64,000 nucleotides of DNA from Paraspadella gotoi (taxonomy: Eukaryota > Animalia > Chaetognatha), in the NCBI GenBank assembly GCA_051294375.1, contig CM119263.1:10872703-10936702 (forward strand), given 5' to 3'. Both the position numbers and the translations under genes were made by a program. This document shows, in pieces, positions 1-15,062 of the stretch; the stretch's first letter is position 1, and each line of letters opens with the position of its first letter. The notes beneath the pieces were generated by a model. It was not told the origin of the DNA, did not search any database, and was given only the letters and a program-made list of their open reading frames with translations.

Positions 1-249
1 TAAAAAAAAAAACACCGAGAAATATTTTTCGCATCAACTCTCCTAATGACGCTCGCGCCATAAAACGTCTTTCGTATTTTCCTCGTTGCGTATAATGCTC
101 CATTTTTCTCTCGACTTGAAAAAAAAAAAACTGTAGTACGTACAGAAGTCTAGACGTACAGTATACGTACACCTTCTCGAAATCGAAAATCCTTGTCAAT
201 CTCTTTCCTCTCAATTTAACCCCGCATCCAATATTTATTCTCCGATAGA

Positions 250-3085
250 GTAAAGAGACCACCAACAAACACACGCAATCCACGGGGATATTATGTAACT
301 TCCAAAGCTTATCTCATTCTTGAAGTAATAAAAAGCAAAGACTCAGAACCAGAAATCATTAGTGTGTAAGATTAGTCATCTAACTGGGAAATCTATGTAG
401 ATATCCACAATTTACATACACCCAGACATAAAGCGCAACGAATACTTTGAACAAATATCCAAATGCAAGACATGACGGTAAAAGGATACCAAGTCTCATA
501 ATGGGGATAGATGCTACAATTAGCCATGCCTGAGGGTAACTCAAATACAAAGGAAACGTTTCGAAGATCAGCTGGAAAAATATACTTACATGCTTAAATT
601 CCGGAGAACCAACATTTTTCAGTTTCTCAGGCAACGCAAAGCCTGCTTAGATCTCTCGCGCCTGTGCAACGATAAACTTCTTCAGAGAATGCTGTGAATG
701 GATAAATGGGTCTCTATACAGAGCGATCATATTTCCCCAATTACGATAATTAAGTTCTTTGGAAACGGGAAGCAAATGCTACTAAGAGGAAAATTACGAT
801 TTGCAAAAAGTTCGCAGAGCAAGTCAGAACTCTCTGGGAGGAACCCCGTCCCAGAAGACGATAACGGTAAACATAGAAAATTGGGCAGAAGATTTTGCTC
901 AAATAATTAAGAGACGCTATGACGAAAGTACTAAAGAAAACGTGTGAGAACAAAGGGTTTCATTAACTGTCAAAAACAGTCCAATTACTTCTGGGGATTA
1001 AAGGAAACTGCCACATTGGAGGGAAGAAGCGAGCCCGTCAACGATGAGTCGCTAAGAATTTTAATATACAATAGGTCTCCCTAGGAACTTTAGAAAAAGT
1101 CGTTAGAAATGTGGGCACTCATTGGAAGCAAAAAGTAGGACTTATTGGCAAGAATACAAAACAGCAGAAAAGAAATGGAAATATACAAGGAAATAGGCAA
1201 ATTAAGACATCGAAATCGCCCTCCCATCACTTATCGAGGCAAAGTGACACCAAGCAGTAGGCTATGAACGAGCAGAAAAACACATGCAAGGAGCTAGAAA
1301 AGGTTACAATCCCGACCCGATGAAACTTTTTGACGATGAATGGAGAAAGAGATAGACGATTACTGCATTAACAAATAGTCTGAAGTTTGTTCTCCACTAG
1401 CAAAAAAACGAGCAGGAGATGAGAACAGCCGACTTTCTCAGCGGAAGAATTTAACTGCGGTATTCACGTGAGTGTAAAAATAAGTCACTGCAGGGGAAGA
1501 CGGTCTCACTTACTTTATTGCTCAAGCAATTATCAGCTACAGTGCCTACTTCAACTTCTGACATTCATTCAACATATGTTGGCACGAGGCCTATTATCCA
1601 AAGGCGTGGAAAAAGAACAAAGCTAATAAACTCTTTCCGAAGAACAGGAAAAAATCTTAAAGAACTCCCAAAATCATGTCCCATAAGTCTCCTTTCATGT
1701 ATAGGAAAGTCTCTTGAGAGACTTATTTACAAAAAGGCAATAGGTGGATCTTGGACAAAGAAAGGATGAGAAATCGTTATCAAAGTCTTCATCTAGAGGA
1801 ATCCGGAGTCACCAAGATCTCTGGTTTAATTAACAAAGGTGTATCATCAGGCGTTCGAGAAAAGAAATGTGTAGTAGGTTGTTCTTGGACATCGAACTAG
1901 CATTCGATCAACTCTGGTGGAATGGCTTCGTTAACAATAGCAAAAAAGGGCTTCATCACAAATAATTGGATCATAAGCATTCTTGAGTGACCGATTCTCA
2001 TAACGTCACGAAGGCAAGGAGAAGTCAGAAATCTTTCAAAAATCAACACTGGTACTCACATCTAAGGAAGGGGTATTAGTCCAGACCTCTTCGATATTTA
2101 CAGACGACCGTATCTGAACAGGCGGCAACAGACAATAGAGCCAGTCATTTTCCGATGATCAAGCAGCATGGACTATCGCAGATTAATCCGCTTACACAAT
2201 GAACTACGGTTAAAGATTTAATTACAATTTTAGAGGAGTGGCACCAAATGGCTGCCTAAAATTAGGCCCTCACAAGTCAACATTTATAATCTTTAGTCGC
2301 CTGCAAAATCATCTGAGGGATGATATGAACCTCAGTCTTTGCGGCACACGGTCGAAAGTTGTCGACAAAGTAAAATTTCTGGAGTCACTCTGGACCAAAA
2401 ATACTTGGAAGAATTAACCATTAAATGAAGTGGTGGAAAAGCCCAATTTTGAGACTTGCAATTCGTAAGAGCGGACTTTTCAACAACGATGAACAAAAGG
2501 GAATAATCAGATCGATAATTAATATTTACAACGTAATGATCAGAACGCTTTTAAGAATATGGCAGCGTTTGTTACGTTGACTATTCCGAGGTTCTTGGAC
2601 GAGAACTGGAAAAGATCCCAGGTCAAGCATTTGAGAATGGCTTCTGAATCTTTCCAAATATGTTTCAAATATAAACTACTACTGGATGCGAGTGTCAGCG
2701 TAAGCGTGGAAAAACCATTTTAAAGACAGTTAGTATTATAAAACGTCTTTTGGCACTGATATAGGCAAGTGGATATAGTGCGGAGACCACTTCTCGAATT
2801 CGAGGGACAAGCTGTGATTTAAACAGCAGAAGATACAAGACAGTTCTCAGCCGTTCTAAAAACTGGGCTCCAATGAACCAACGCACGTAGACCAAACCAC
2901 CCATGGACAGACACAGACGAGACAAAGTACTCCATTGACACGTCGTTCCCTTGTAGGCGATCGACTCTGCACTTCGATGTGATGGATTCTTTTCAAACGG
3001 AGTAGCCACACATTCTGTGGATCGTTGATCTCGGAGTGAAGAGGAAAGGGGACTGGCCCGAGGGTCAAATTAATTATTAATCAAA
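250..3085 (+). mobile_element. Degenerate non-LTR retrotransposon (LINE) ORF2 remnant with reverse transcriptase; many stops and frameshifts
   Basis: RT motifs occur in the canonical order: PISLLSCIGKSLERLI (~1680), FLDIELAFDQLWWNG (~1882), SPDLFDIY (~2078), FSDDQAAW (~2148, decayed YADD) and KVKFL(G)VTLD (~2368). The region is A-rich on the + strand and lacks microsatellites. Boundaries are approximate. Confidence 0.9.
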
Positions 3086-3539
3086 AATTTATTTTTTTTA
3101 TTCTTATCAACTCTACTGAGACGCTAATTATACTATTCGAACTTGGCTATGGAACAAGTAATTCACAGCGCAAATTAACTTTATTTGTTTTGATGTACAA
3201 GGGTTCTTATATTTGGACTGCCACATTGATTAAACAGTAACACCTATTTTGAGTGTGTTGGTTCGATATACTGTACAAAACTAATTTTATGGTCTATCGT
3301 AGCTTTTATCAATTTCATTTTGTTTCGTGTCAACGATTATAGAGTGACACGTGTCAGTCGATAGAAAGCCTATAGCCACTCGATTGCTATATCCGGATAT
3401 TTCAGCAAGCTTCACTTGTTTCATAACATTATGAAGGTAGTAGACCTAAAAATGTTCTTTGTATCAAACTGTTTTACTTAATGTCGCCGTAAGGAGTGTT
3501 AACCCACTCCAGTGCAATAGAACTTATTCAAATCAAATC

Positions 3540-3584
<45 letters not shown>

Positions 3585-5489
3585 CTTCTCTCTTCTCTCT
3601 CGTCCGTCTCGGGGCGATCGAGGGATTGCGTNNNNNNNNNNNNNNNNNNNNNNNNNTCTCTCTCGCCTCCACCGCGTCGCTTTCTCACTTTGACCCACTT
3701 CTTTCTCTCACGCGCATAAAAATCGGTCTCGTGCGGATCCGTCGCGAGATGGATCGACGGGGGGAATGAGGTGGAGGGGGAAGAGGAGATGAGGATGAGG
3801 AGGAGGGGAAAAGGATGAGGGGATGAAGATGAGGGAATTGAGGGAAGGTAGAAGGAGAGGAGATTAGGTTGATGGTTGAAGGAAGACGAGTTCGAAGACG
3901 ACGACGACGACGAGATGAAGATGAAAGAAACTTTACCCTCCGTGATTGAAGGTGAAAGAAGTGGAGGAGGGAATGGAAGGAAGAGGAACGAAGAAGATGA
4001 AGAGAAGGATCAAGATTAAGAGGAAGATTAAGATTAAGAGAAAAGAAAATAGATGAATCGATTAAGATTAGGAGAAAAGAAAATAGATGAATAGATTAAG
4101 AGGAAGATTAAGATTAGGAGAAAACCAAATAGATGAACCGATTGCGTTGTCGAATTAAGTGAAGCTTGAGAGGACAAGAACTAGAGAGTAAAAACGATGT
4201 TCTGCCTATTAATTTTAAACGCGAGTTCTCTATGAAGTTTTCTCATTTCCGATTAAACTGACAAATATTTGTCGTNNNNNNNNNNNNNNNNNNNNNNNNN
4301 NNNNNNNNNNNNNNNNNNNNNNNNNNNNNNNNNNNNNNNNNNNNNNNNNNNNNNNNNNNNNNNNNNNNNNNNNNNNNNNNNNNNNNNNNNNNNNNNNNNN
4401 NNNNNNNNNNNNNNNNNNNNNNNNNNNNNNNNNNNNNNNNNNNNNNNNNNNNNNNNNNNNNNNNNNNNNNNNNNNNNNNNNNNNNNNNNNNNNNNNNNNN
4501 NNNNNNNNNNNNNNNNNNNNNNNNNNNNNNNNNNNNNNNNNNNNNNNNNNNNNNNNNNNNNNNNNNNNNNNNNNNNNNNNNNNNNNNNNNNNNNNNNNNN
4601 NNNNNNNNNNNNNNNNNNNNNNNNNNNNNNNNNNNNNNNNNNNNNNNNNNNNNNNNNNNNNNNNNNNNNNNNNNNNNNNNNNNNNNNNNNNNNNNNNNNN
4701 NNNNNNNNNNNNNNNNNNNNNNNNNNNNNNNNNNNNNNNNNNNNNNNNNNNNNNNNNNNNNNNNNNNNNNNNNNNNNNNNNNNNNNNNNNNNNNNNNNNN
4801 NNNNNNNNNNNNNNNNNNNNNNNNNNNNNNNNNNNNNNNNNNNNNNNNNNNNNNNNNNNNNNNNNNNNNNNNNNNNNNNNNNNNNNNNNNNNNNNNNNNN
4901 NNNNNNNNNNNNNNNNNNNNNNNNNNNNNNTTTATCGGTTCGAAAAAAACTAATTAGTTTTTTTCCTCACAATTTCAGGGTTTTCCTTTCAATTATTGAT
5001 TCTCGATTAAACCGGAAATGAGGGGGGGGGTAGTTGAGAATGGAATCGAAGATGGAGAAAAGGGTTTTAGGTGGCAGCTGGCGAGTCTTTTTTTAGAAGT
5101 TCGCTTGTCGTGTACTATGTGAAAAAAAAATAGTACGATTATTGATCCCAGTTAACCTTTAAGCAATTTGCAACCGGCCAAAAAAGCTCAAGGAGAATAT
5201 GTCGCCTTCTTTTTTCGTGGGAAACGTTTTAATTTTCTTTTGTTATTTATCGCAGAAAATTAAATGAGTACAGAAAAAAAAAACCGGATGGAAAATTAAG
5301 CATAATCGGAAAAAGTAAAAAAGTGAAAGCTTTTCCGTCGAAGTCTCTCATTCAAAAAGATATATGAAGAGGAAAGGGAAAAAAAAAAGAAAAACTCAGG
5401 AATAAAAAAAATTGTAAAAAGGAGAAAATGATTTTATGATCGACTCTATCTCCCTTTTTTACTTTCACTCTCTCTCTCTCTCTATTCAC

Positions 5490-7035
5490 ACAGTCACTGA
5501 TTTACTCGGCGGGAGCCACTCGACTCAAGCTCACAGCGGGAAAAAAAATCCGGGAGAGGAAGTTTGGGCCGTTTCTCTCTTCCTCTTTCATTTTCTTATT
5601 TTTTTAAAAATTCGTTAAAATCAACTTTCATACCTCCCCCTTTTATTTCATCCCCATTCATAGCTCTTTTGAATTTTTTCTTCTTATTTTTCTGCTTATT
5701 GAAGTTTTTTTCATCCTCCGCCTTTTCTATGATGCTTATTTCTTCTCTCTCACCTTTTCATAGATTAAGCTACGTATGTACCTCACCCGCAATAAGAAGC
5801 TTACTTCTTTCTCTTATGAATGAATTGGCTTCTTTCGCTGTTTTTTTTTCTACTCAGTGAAGTAAAACAGNNNNNNNNNNGATCTGCACAGTGTGTAGTA
5901 TTGAATGTAAAATTATCAAAACGTTGAAGTAACTATTTTTTTTTCAAACCGCGAGAAAAGCAAAGACATGACGACAATTCTCTTTCGCTCTCTCAGTCTC
6001 ACTCTCACTTCGACATTTCTCCGCCCCTGGGAACGAACGGAAAGTCCTTTCCTTTTGTTCGCCAGTTGTTATTTTTTTTTATTTCTCAAGAGTCGAATTT
6101 TTCGCTCTCAAAATGTCGTTAGCTTCGACGAGACGCGAAACTCGTTTCTCGTATTTTAAGAAACTCATTAACCTGGCCCCATCGATCCTCGAGTCTCAAA
6201 GTCTTCGACGAGGGCAAAGCTCTTTTTGAGCCGTTCTCCNNNNNNNNNNNNNNNNNNNNNNNNNNNNNNNNNNNNNNNNNNNNNNNNNNNNNNNNNNNNN
6301 NNNNNNNNNNNNNNNNNNNNNNNNNNNNNNNNNNNNNNNNNNNNNNNNNNNNNNNNNNNNNNNNNNNNNNNNNNNNNNNNNNNNNNNNNNNNNNNNNNNN
6401 NNNNNNNNNNNNNNNNNNNNNNNNNNNNNNNNNNNNNNNNNNNNNNNNNNNNNNNNNNNNNNNNNNNNNNNNNNNNNNNNNNNNNNNNNNNNNNNNNNNN
6501 NNNNNNNNNNNNNNNNNNNNNNNNNNNNNNNNNNNNNNNNNNNNNNNNNNNNNNNNNNNNNNNNNNNNNNNNNNNNNNNNNNNNNNNNNNNNNNNNNNNN
6601 NCAGGTCACTGGATTTTACTCGGCGGCGAAGCCAATCTCGACTCAAGCCTCACAGCAGGGAAAAAAAAATCCTAGGTCGAGTGAGAAGTTTGCCGGCCGT
6701 TTTCTCTCTTCCTCTTCTCATTTTCTTATTTTTTTTAAAAATCTCTTGGTTAATTCTAACTCTTCATCACCTTCCCCCTTTTATATTTCATTCCCCATTC
6801 ATAGCTCTTTTGAATTTTGTCTTCTTATTTTTTCTGCTTAATTGAATGTTTTTTTTCAATCCTCCGCCTTTTCTATGCTATGCTGTAGTTCTTCTCTCTC
6901 ACCCTGTATTCCATAGATTAAGCCTACGTATGTAACCTCACCCGCAAATAAAGAAGCTTACTTCTTTCTCTTTATGGAATGAAGTTAGGCTTCTTTCGCT
7001 GTTTTTTTTTTCTACTCAGTGAAGTAAAAGACAGG
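5490..7035 (+). repeat. ~380-bp direct duplication (about 5490-5870 and 6604-7035), probably assembly redundancy
   Basis: The same sequence (gtcactgatttactcggcgg...tactcagtgaagtaaaa) occurs twice. The second copy carries many single-base insertions, and both copies abut N-gaps. Confidence 0.8.
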
Positions 7036-7074
7036 TGATAATGAAAACTAATTTTTTCCGTTTATTTTACTGTT

Positions 7075-7245
7075 TCCCTTTAGCCCTTTGCATTTGACCT
7101 GCCTTTGCCTGTTGCCTTTGCCTTTGCCATTTGCCATTCATTGGCCATTGCCAATTTGCCTTTGCCATTTCCTGTTGCCTTGCTTTGGCTGCTTTGCTGC
7201 ATTTGCCTTTGCCTTTTTTGGCCTTTCCTTGCTTTGCCTTATGCC
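7075..7245. repeat. Degenerate (TTGCCT/TTGCCA)n hexamer microsatellite
   Basis: Repeated ttgcct/ttgcca units; these explain the spurious ORFs at 7067-7297. Confidence 0.8.
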
Positions 7246-7478
7246 TTCCGTATCCTGCCCACATCTTGCACTCCGCCCACCTCAAACAACCCCTTAATCG
7301 CGGACACGTTCCTTCGGAGGCGAAAAAGAATTCGCGCTATTTCTCGAATTCCCTCTGGATTTTTCGTCGTGATTCTACGTTTACCGTCCACCTTAAGCCT
7401 TTTCAGTCTTACCCGTCGCCTTGCCTTTCCCTTCTCACCCTTTCCTCTCTCTCATCTCCTACTCTCCTCTTCGTCTCT

Positions 7479-7511
<33 letters not shown>

Positions 7512-10500
7512 TTTCTCTCTCCTCTATTCTTCCCAGCCTCCTTTTCAATCCACCTTCTTTCACCGATGAAAACAAAAGATCGATTTATTAAAATTCCATC
7601 GAGCGGCGCTAGGTTCGCCTTCAGCCTTCAGGGCGCTCGCTCGATCCTCAAGCGTCAAAACAAAAGCTCTTGCGACAAAATCAAACAAAAGACATGAAAG
7701 GAAGAAAACTTAAAAAAGCTTAAATTTTCTAATTTTTAAAACTATCTTTGCAACATACTTTAAGGCTTTATTTATGAATTTAGTTTATATGTTTATATAA
7801 ACTATAACAGCTCTCCAACTTAGGTAAATATGTCCAAAGAGAGTATATTAATTATCATAAGCCATCACGTAAATTATATAAACGGGAAAACTGCGAACGG
7901 TGGCCAAGGCGTAACTAAAAATTATTCATTAAAATTGATCTGCAATCGTTTGTGATCGACAGTAAAGGCGTTACTCTTAAGGATCATTAAGTAATGTATG
8001 CGACTTGAAAAGAGCGGTTTAATTAAAAAGTAAAAGGAAAAAAATTGAACTTCTTTGTCAGACAAAGACTTGAATGACGCGTTAATTTCACACTTAACTT
8101 CGCCCTGAAGCGTCAAAGCGAAAAAGGGGCGCCGAAGAAAGGCGGACGAAAGAAAAAAGTTGTAATGTGGCAATTAAAAATTTTAATTCAAAGATTGACT
8201 CTGTACTATACTTTTTTTTATAAAAAAAGATTACTAAAAAAAATATATAATGGTGACCGTAACTATGAGTGAATCCGTCCGTGCGTTTTTGTGTGCGTAC
8301 GTGAGCGTGATAGCGCGCGTTCGTGTGTTAAATAAGGGGGAAAAGGACTGAAGAAGAGAAGAGGAGAGAGAGAGGAGCAGAGAGAAGAGACGTCGGATGG
8401 AGACGGAGGAGAGAGAAGAGAGAGAGAGAGAGAGAGAATAGAAATTTTAATCGCGCCGAGACGGAAATAGTGTTCAATCAATCATTCTGTAATTCCGTTT
8501 GGATGGAAAGGTAAGAAGTTTTTTTATTTTTCCTCCTTCTTTTTAGTCACGGTTGGCTTAGCCACTTAAAGACATTCTTTCTCGCTTGCATATTAGTTAT
8601 TTCTATTTTTTTTTTTCACAGATGCCGCTTTACAAAAAAAAAAGGTCTTTCCTGGTGCCAAAGATTCAGCTTGAGCCTCGAAATTCAGCCAATTCACTGC
8701 ATCGAGAGAAGAAGATTTTCTCCGGAAGAAAAAAGACTCTGACACGAATTAGGAATTCGGGCTCTAAATCTGGAGATGCCGAGGGACTCTAGCGTCTAAA
8801 GGGGCCTTGGGAGCCGAAGGGGATGAGAATATGAGCGAGCAAAGAAAGTCTCGGAGTCGTAACGCGCCTCGTCTTTGGAGAGAAGCGCGAGGTCGAACGC
8901 GCTCAAGGTGAAGCGCATTCGCTTTTCACTTCCGAGGGCGCGGGCGACGCCATCCCCACCGACGACGCCGCCCATGCGTATGACGCCACTCCCGCGACAA
9001 CAGCCGCCCCCACTGAGAAAGCTTGTATAGAGAGACCTCCAGGTTAAACTCCCGCTCTTCTCCGGACCCACCAATCGCCCCGTGATCTCCCGTGTATTAA
9101 TCCCGGTTTAATCCCGGACGCTTCGAGGGAAAAATCAAAGAAAAGAATATATGGCGGATTTACTTGATTACCTATACACTTACCTTTACACTTACCTACT
9201 TACTTACACGATACACAGTATACAGTTTCTTTTCTTTTCTTTTTCTCCTCCTTTCCTTCCTTTCCTCTTTAGCCCTTGGCCTCCTTCTTTTCATAATAGA
9301 AAAAAAAAATATCCGCAGAGAGATCTCCTCTCTTTTTTTTGATGAAAAAAAAGAAAGAAAAGAGCATCGAGATTCGAAACAGCGACCTTGAGGAGTGACG
9401 TTGAAGATTTTAGGGGGAAAGATTTACGTACCAAAAGGGGTACGTAAAACTATAGGAATTAAAAGAAAGAAAGGAAGAAAGGAGGAAAGAAAGGAGGAAG
9501 GAGGGAAGGAAGGATGGAAGGCAGGAAGGTGAAAGGAAATGAAGGAAGGAAGTAAGTAAGGCAGCTTGGAAGGATTAAAAAGAGGAAAGTAAGGAGAGAA
9601 GCAAGAAATAAAAAAGGGAAGAAAGAAATAAAAAAAAAAGAAATGAAGGAAGGATGGTAATTGCGAATACGTTTATGGTTTTTGTAGAAAAGAAAGAGAA
9701 ATTTGAAGAAGGAAACCGAAAAATTTTAAATTGAGATCTGGAGAGAAATAGCGGGGAAGAGCTGAGAGCGAGAGAGATAAGGACCGAGCGTATGAGCAGG
9801 GTTTTCTCATCCCTTAACAGTCAAACCCAGATGGAATAGCTGATATCTTTAATTTCGTCTCGGGAGAAAGGCCATTGCTGTGTAAAAGTCAAATTCTAAC
9901 ATTTTCATTCTTTGCGTGACGTTTAATTTTTTTTTTCTTTGTCATGAAGGCTGAGTAAATTTTTGAGGGCCACTCAACCAAAGTGTCACGGTTAGGTTTT
10001 TATGCACTACCTTTGAACATAAAAATACCTTCGCTCTCTCTCCACTCTCTCTCTGCGACGTTTGTCTCACACTGTATGTATATCGCTCATTGCCTCGTTT
10101 CCGTCTCTTTAATAGCGATTTCCTCTTTGTTACTCTCACATTAAGAAGCGACGTTGAAAAATTCTCCGGGTGCGATTATGAGGCGTCATTAGGGGTTTAG
10201 AGGTGCGATGGGGCGGTGAAGGTCGGAGGTGTGAAGCGTCGGTGAAGTTTGGAGGTGTCAATCCTCACTGAAAAGGTGTAAAGTGATTTTCGTGTGGGAG
10301 AAACTCAATTCGAGCTTAGATTCAGATGCTTTTTATGTTGTTTAGTGAATCAGACCTTCCATGTTGGCCAGGACGACGACGAGGAACAAGAGTACCAAAA
10401 AGCGAAAATATTGATTTTTTTCTTCTATCTTTATTTTATTGAATGAAATGCTGCCTTATGTAAATTATTTAATTAATTATTTAATTCAATGTGAATCCGA

Positions 10501-11425
10501 AATTATTATGAATCTCTATGTACGAGAAGAGCGAGAAGCCTTAGAGGCGTAAACGAAAAGAGGGGAGGAAGCCATTGAACGGTTGCTAAAACTGGTGATA
10601 TATACGAAAAAAAAAATTACTATTCTTCGTACACTATACTACAAGCCTTACAAGTTAAAGATGGAAACTCGATTTTATAAAATGAGAGTCAACCTATATT
10701 AACGCTCGTGGCGGCATGTGGGCGTGATCGTAGGGGGAGAAAAAGGGCTCGACGTCCGACAGCCTTGGATTCGATATCGGCGTCTTACTTTGCCCCGTTT
10801 CTCTAGAGAAAGAAAGCAACGACGATTATGAAGACGATGAAGAAACGTGAACTCGGGAATATTCCGAATATGTAAAGAATTGTTTAGAAACAGAGGCAGT
10901 TGCCTTGGAGATTGTGTCGCCAAACGGTTTCGAAACCTTGCGTTTTACATTTTAAACGGCTTTTTAATGTTTTAGGCCTTAATTGTTGTCTTTTTTAATC
11001 GTCGAATTATAATAATAAACAAACAACCTTCGAAACCTTGGTGGCCATCTTCTTGAGAATCAGCCAAGAAGAATAGAAGAAATCATATCAAGGCAAATAC
11101 AATTCCGTTAAAAATTGCCCGAAAGGCTTTCCACAGTTGGCAAGGCCTTAAAGGGCCTCCCCTTGAAACTGAAAACTGCGCTTAAGGTTTTTCGAGGGCC
11201 AGAGGTAAGTGTACCCTTTCCAAGGACAGAGGGCGTGAGGAAGCTTCATAACAGCGCCTCGGATGAACCGTGAGCGAAGGGGAAGCCTCGCGTTTAATCA
11301 GATCGAGCGAACGAAGACCCTGAAAAGCAATTTCGCATCCCGGATCAGCCTTCTCTCGTCACGGCCTCGATCGATTTGGCAAAAAGAGAAGAGACGAGAG
11401 AGAGGAGAGAGAGAGAGAGAGAGAT

Positions 11426-11461
<36 letters not shown>

Positions 11462-12506
11462 AAAAGGAGCGTCTGATCCCTCCTCGGAGCGCCTTCCCTC
11501 GTCGGATGAATGGCGAGCGCATGAATCGAAGCTTCGCAAGATTCTCAGTTTTCTTTTTTCTCTTTTTTTTTGTGTGGGGGGGGGATAACAGCTAAAAATA
11601 CCATGAATGGATTCAGGTACGATATAGCTACGGAATGTGAAGGAGATTTATGAATGGGATAAAACGTCCGACGCACTGAACCTTAATTTCAAAGTGACTC
11701 TTCTGTCGATGCGGGGGAAAAATCGATCTGAGACGACGTGGCGGCGCTGACGACGGCGGCGGCTGCGGCGGCGACTGCGGCGGCGGAAAATAACCTTCGC
11801 TACTCAAAACCTCAACGTCCCAACGCGTGACGCGGCATAACGTGGCGGGAAGAAAAGAAATTCATCTCAACGTCAACGAAAAAAAAACCAATTAACGATG
11901 CGACGCGTGTTGAAGTAGAATTTTCATAGATTTTCAAGTCGGGTTTTAATTAAAAAAATTTTCTTAGTTTCGCCATATTTATAATCCATTTTGTCGATTT
12001 ATTTTCTTTTTTTAATCATTTATTGCAGTTTTTTTTTCTTTTTCTTTTGTTCTTTCGTCGCAATCGATTCTGTCGGAATGAGATGACTTCGCAACACGAA
12101 AAACCCTAATTTCTTGAAAAAAATTCGGTTATTCACTCTTTTTTTTTTTTTATTCGTAATCCTTTTTAATTGTGGATAGTGAGAGACGAGAGAGGCATGG
12201 AGAGGAGAGGAGAGAGACCCAGTGAGTAGGGGAGCGAAGTCACATGAGCCGAGCTCAGAGAGAAGCGGAGGTGCAGAGATACCTGATGGTGGAGAGGAGA
12301 AGGAGGATGGGAAGAGGGGACGAGAGGATGAGTGAGGAGAAGAGTGGAGAGAGAGTACGAGCGGACAAGAGCGGTGAGACGAGGGGAGAGAGAGAGAGAG
12401 AGCCGGCGCAAAACAATTAATATTCTGGACGCACCTCAAAAATATCCTTTTTATGGGACGAAAATCCGTCGTCATGATACAAAAATCGCTAGCACCCATC
12501 AACAAG

Positions 12507-12538
<32 letters not shown>

Positions 12539-12582
12539 AGAGGAGATGAGAGAGAGAGAGGAGAAGAGAGAGAGAGAGGGAG

Positions 12583-12613
<31 letters not shown>

Positions 12614-13159
12614 AAGAGACAGAGAAGAGAGAGAGAGAGAAAGTCGGTGGACGAGATGGAGGCAAAGAGAGTTACAAAGGATGACAAACAACGACGACAA
12701 CGACTAGGAACGCGTCGAGAAGCAACAACGTAAAGGACATGAAGAAGAAACCAGGAGAGGAGGCAGGAGGAGAGGAGGATGATGAGGAAGAGGATGAAGA
12801 GGATGAAGAGGAGAAGGAGGCGAGAATGAGGGAAGAAGAGTCGTAACCGGGGAGGAAAGGAAAAGAAAGGAACGTTGGAGAAAGGAGAAGGAAGAGGAGG
12901 TGAGGACGCAGAAAAAGAGATTCAACTAGGCGCTCTTGGATTCCGCACGAAATTGGCCATTGGCATCGGAAATGGGTGGAAGCTGTTGCATCGATGCATG
13001 TTGCTGCGGCCGCGGGCTTCTGCAGTCCCTGCTCCAGCGTTCATCGTCGACGTCTTCGCCCCGCTGCGGCGAGGCGCGGAGTCGCTGCGGACCGCCTGGG
13101 TACGGCAACAGAAAAAAAAAAAAAGAAAATGGCCAGGATTCGACTGTGAAAAAAAGGAC

Positions 13160-13253
<94 letters not shown>

Positions 13254-13264
13254 TCTCTCTCTCT

Positions 13265-13306
<42 letters not shown>

Positions 13307-14294
13307 CTCTTCTCTCTAAATCTCTTTTTTTTTTCTCTTTCTGTCGTTTGTCCTTCCCTAAAACACTTCGTGTTCTTTGATCAGTAACGGCCGAATTTTA
13401 TAAAATGGAAAGTCTTCTATCTATGACCTGTCTTGCCAAGACAGAACACTTGCCAAGACTCTTGGCCAGACTTGTTTAGTCTAGTCAGTGGTCATCCATC
13501 ATCCCCATTTTCAAACATATATTCCTCGTAAAAAAAAAGCTTTGCCTTTTGTTTACCTGTCTATAAAAATCCATCTTTGGTCAGTTTAGCTCTCAGCAGT
13601 TTCCCCTCTCATGACGAAACCGTTTGTTATTGCCTTCGCCTTTTCTTTTTATGTCTTCTCATATCGTGTTTTTTTTATGTTTTTCTCTTGTTCTTCAGAA
13701 ATGATCTTTTTTTTTTCTCCTGTTCTATTTTTCTTGCGAATTTCGTTCTTAAACTTTCCTTTTGTCCGTATTTTTTTCTTTTCTCCCTTTTCAGATTTCT
13801 TTTTTGTTTGGCTTATTGTTTTAATTCGATTTTTCTTAATGTCCTTATTTCTTTTCCTCTTCACGTCCCTCAATCGATATCTTTGTTTTTTATTCGCTTG
13901 TCCTCTTTGTCCTTTCCCTATCGTTGATTTTTTTTCATATTTCTTTCCTCTTCCTTTTTCCCTTTCTCTTTTCGTCGTCCTCTTTTTATTTTCTTTGCTT
14001 TTTTCATTCTTTTCTATTCTTTAATTTTTTTAATTCTTTCGTTTCCTCACTTTTTTCGTTTTTCTTTTCCTTTCCTTTTTCTCCCTTTTTTTTTCTTGCC
14101 TTTTTCTTCCCTCTTCTTTTTTTTTTCACTCCTTTATCCATTTCTTTCCTCGATAAGAGACTTTTCGTCGCGTCCCGGTGAACTCTTCGGCGATGCTCTG
14201 TTTCTCAATCACCCCCTCGAGTCGACTCTGACGAGGACACGCCCTCTTGCGGTTTAACGCTCTCGAGCGGGTCCTAAGATTCCCTGCTCTATCC

Positions 14295-14500
14295 AGGACT
14301 CGCCCTCTGCCTAATGAGTGGGTCAGAGACTTGCACTTTCCTAAATGAGAATGACAGAGACTTGCCTTCTGTTAAATAAGGTCTCAGACTTTTCCCTCGT
14401 CTAAATGAGAATGCCAGAGACTTGCCTTTTTTTAAGTAGAGCTCAGTGCCTTCAGAGATAGTCATCGCCAGAGAGACTTGCTCTTTGCTGAATGAGGTGT
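14295..14500. repeat. Degenerate ~30-bp minisatellite (cagagacttgc...aaatgag)
   Basis: The agacttgc/agactt core recurs at ~30-nt spacing (about 14327, 14358, 14387, 14418). Confidence 0.75.
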
Positions 14501-14944
14501 AAGATTTGTTCCCCCAAATTAAAAGGTCACTCGGCAAAATGAGAATCCAGGTAATAAAATTAGGAATTCGCGCTTTTACTAAGTGAAGGAGCGAGAATTT
14601 CTCTCAGAAAGCACGTTTGAGGTCAAGCCTTTCGCCTCGGGTGCCGTCATTTGGGTAGATAAGTAATTCAGTAATGTTATTTGGAACTTGAATCGAAGAA
14701 ATTCAGTAGGAATTCAGTTCCGATTACTGTTGGTTAATTGAATGAGAAACTAGAATAGAATAAAAATATAGTATTCATAAATTTAAAATTCGTCAATATA
14801 CGAAATTAGATGTTACTACAATTGCTGCCGTGACGGGACGTCAAAAGTTGTCACTCTCTATTATCCGCGGCCACGCTAGCATCGGAATGGGTTGCCCTCG
14901 TCAAACAATTTTTTTTTGCTATCGACAGATGAGGCTTCACTCAC

Positions 14945-15062
<118 letters not shown>

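Noticed and set aside
5490-7035. LTR pair or real segmental duplication
   Set aside because: There are no TG...CA ends. The second copy has indel-type noise and both copies adjoin gaps, which fits assembly redundancy.
12020-13387. Long SLSLSL/RERERE ORFs here and throughout the window
   Set aside because: They are translations of (AG)n/(CT)n microsatellites.
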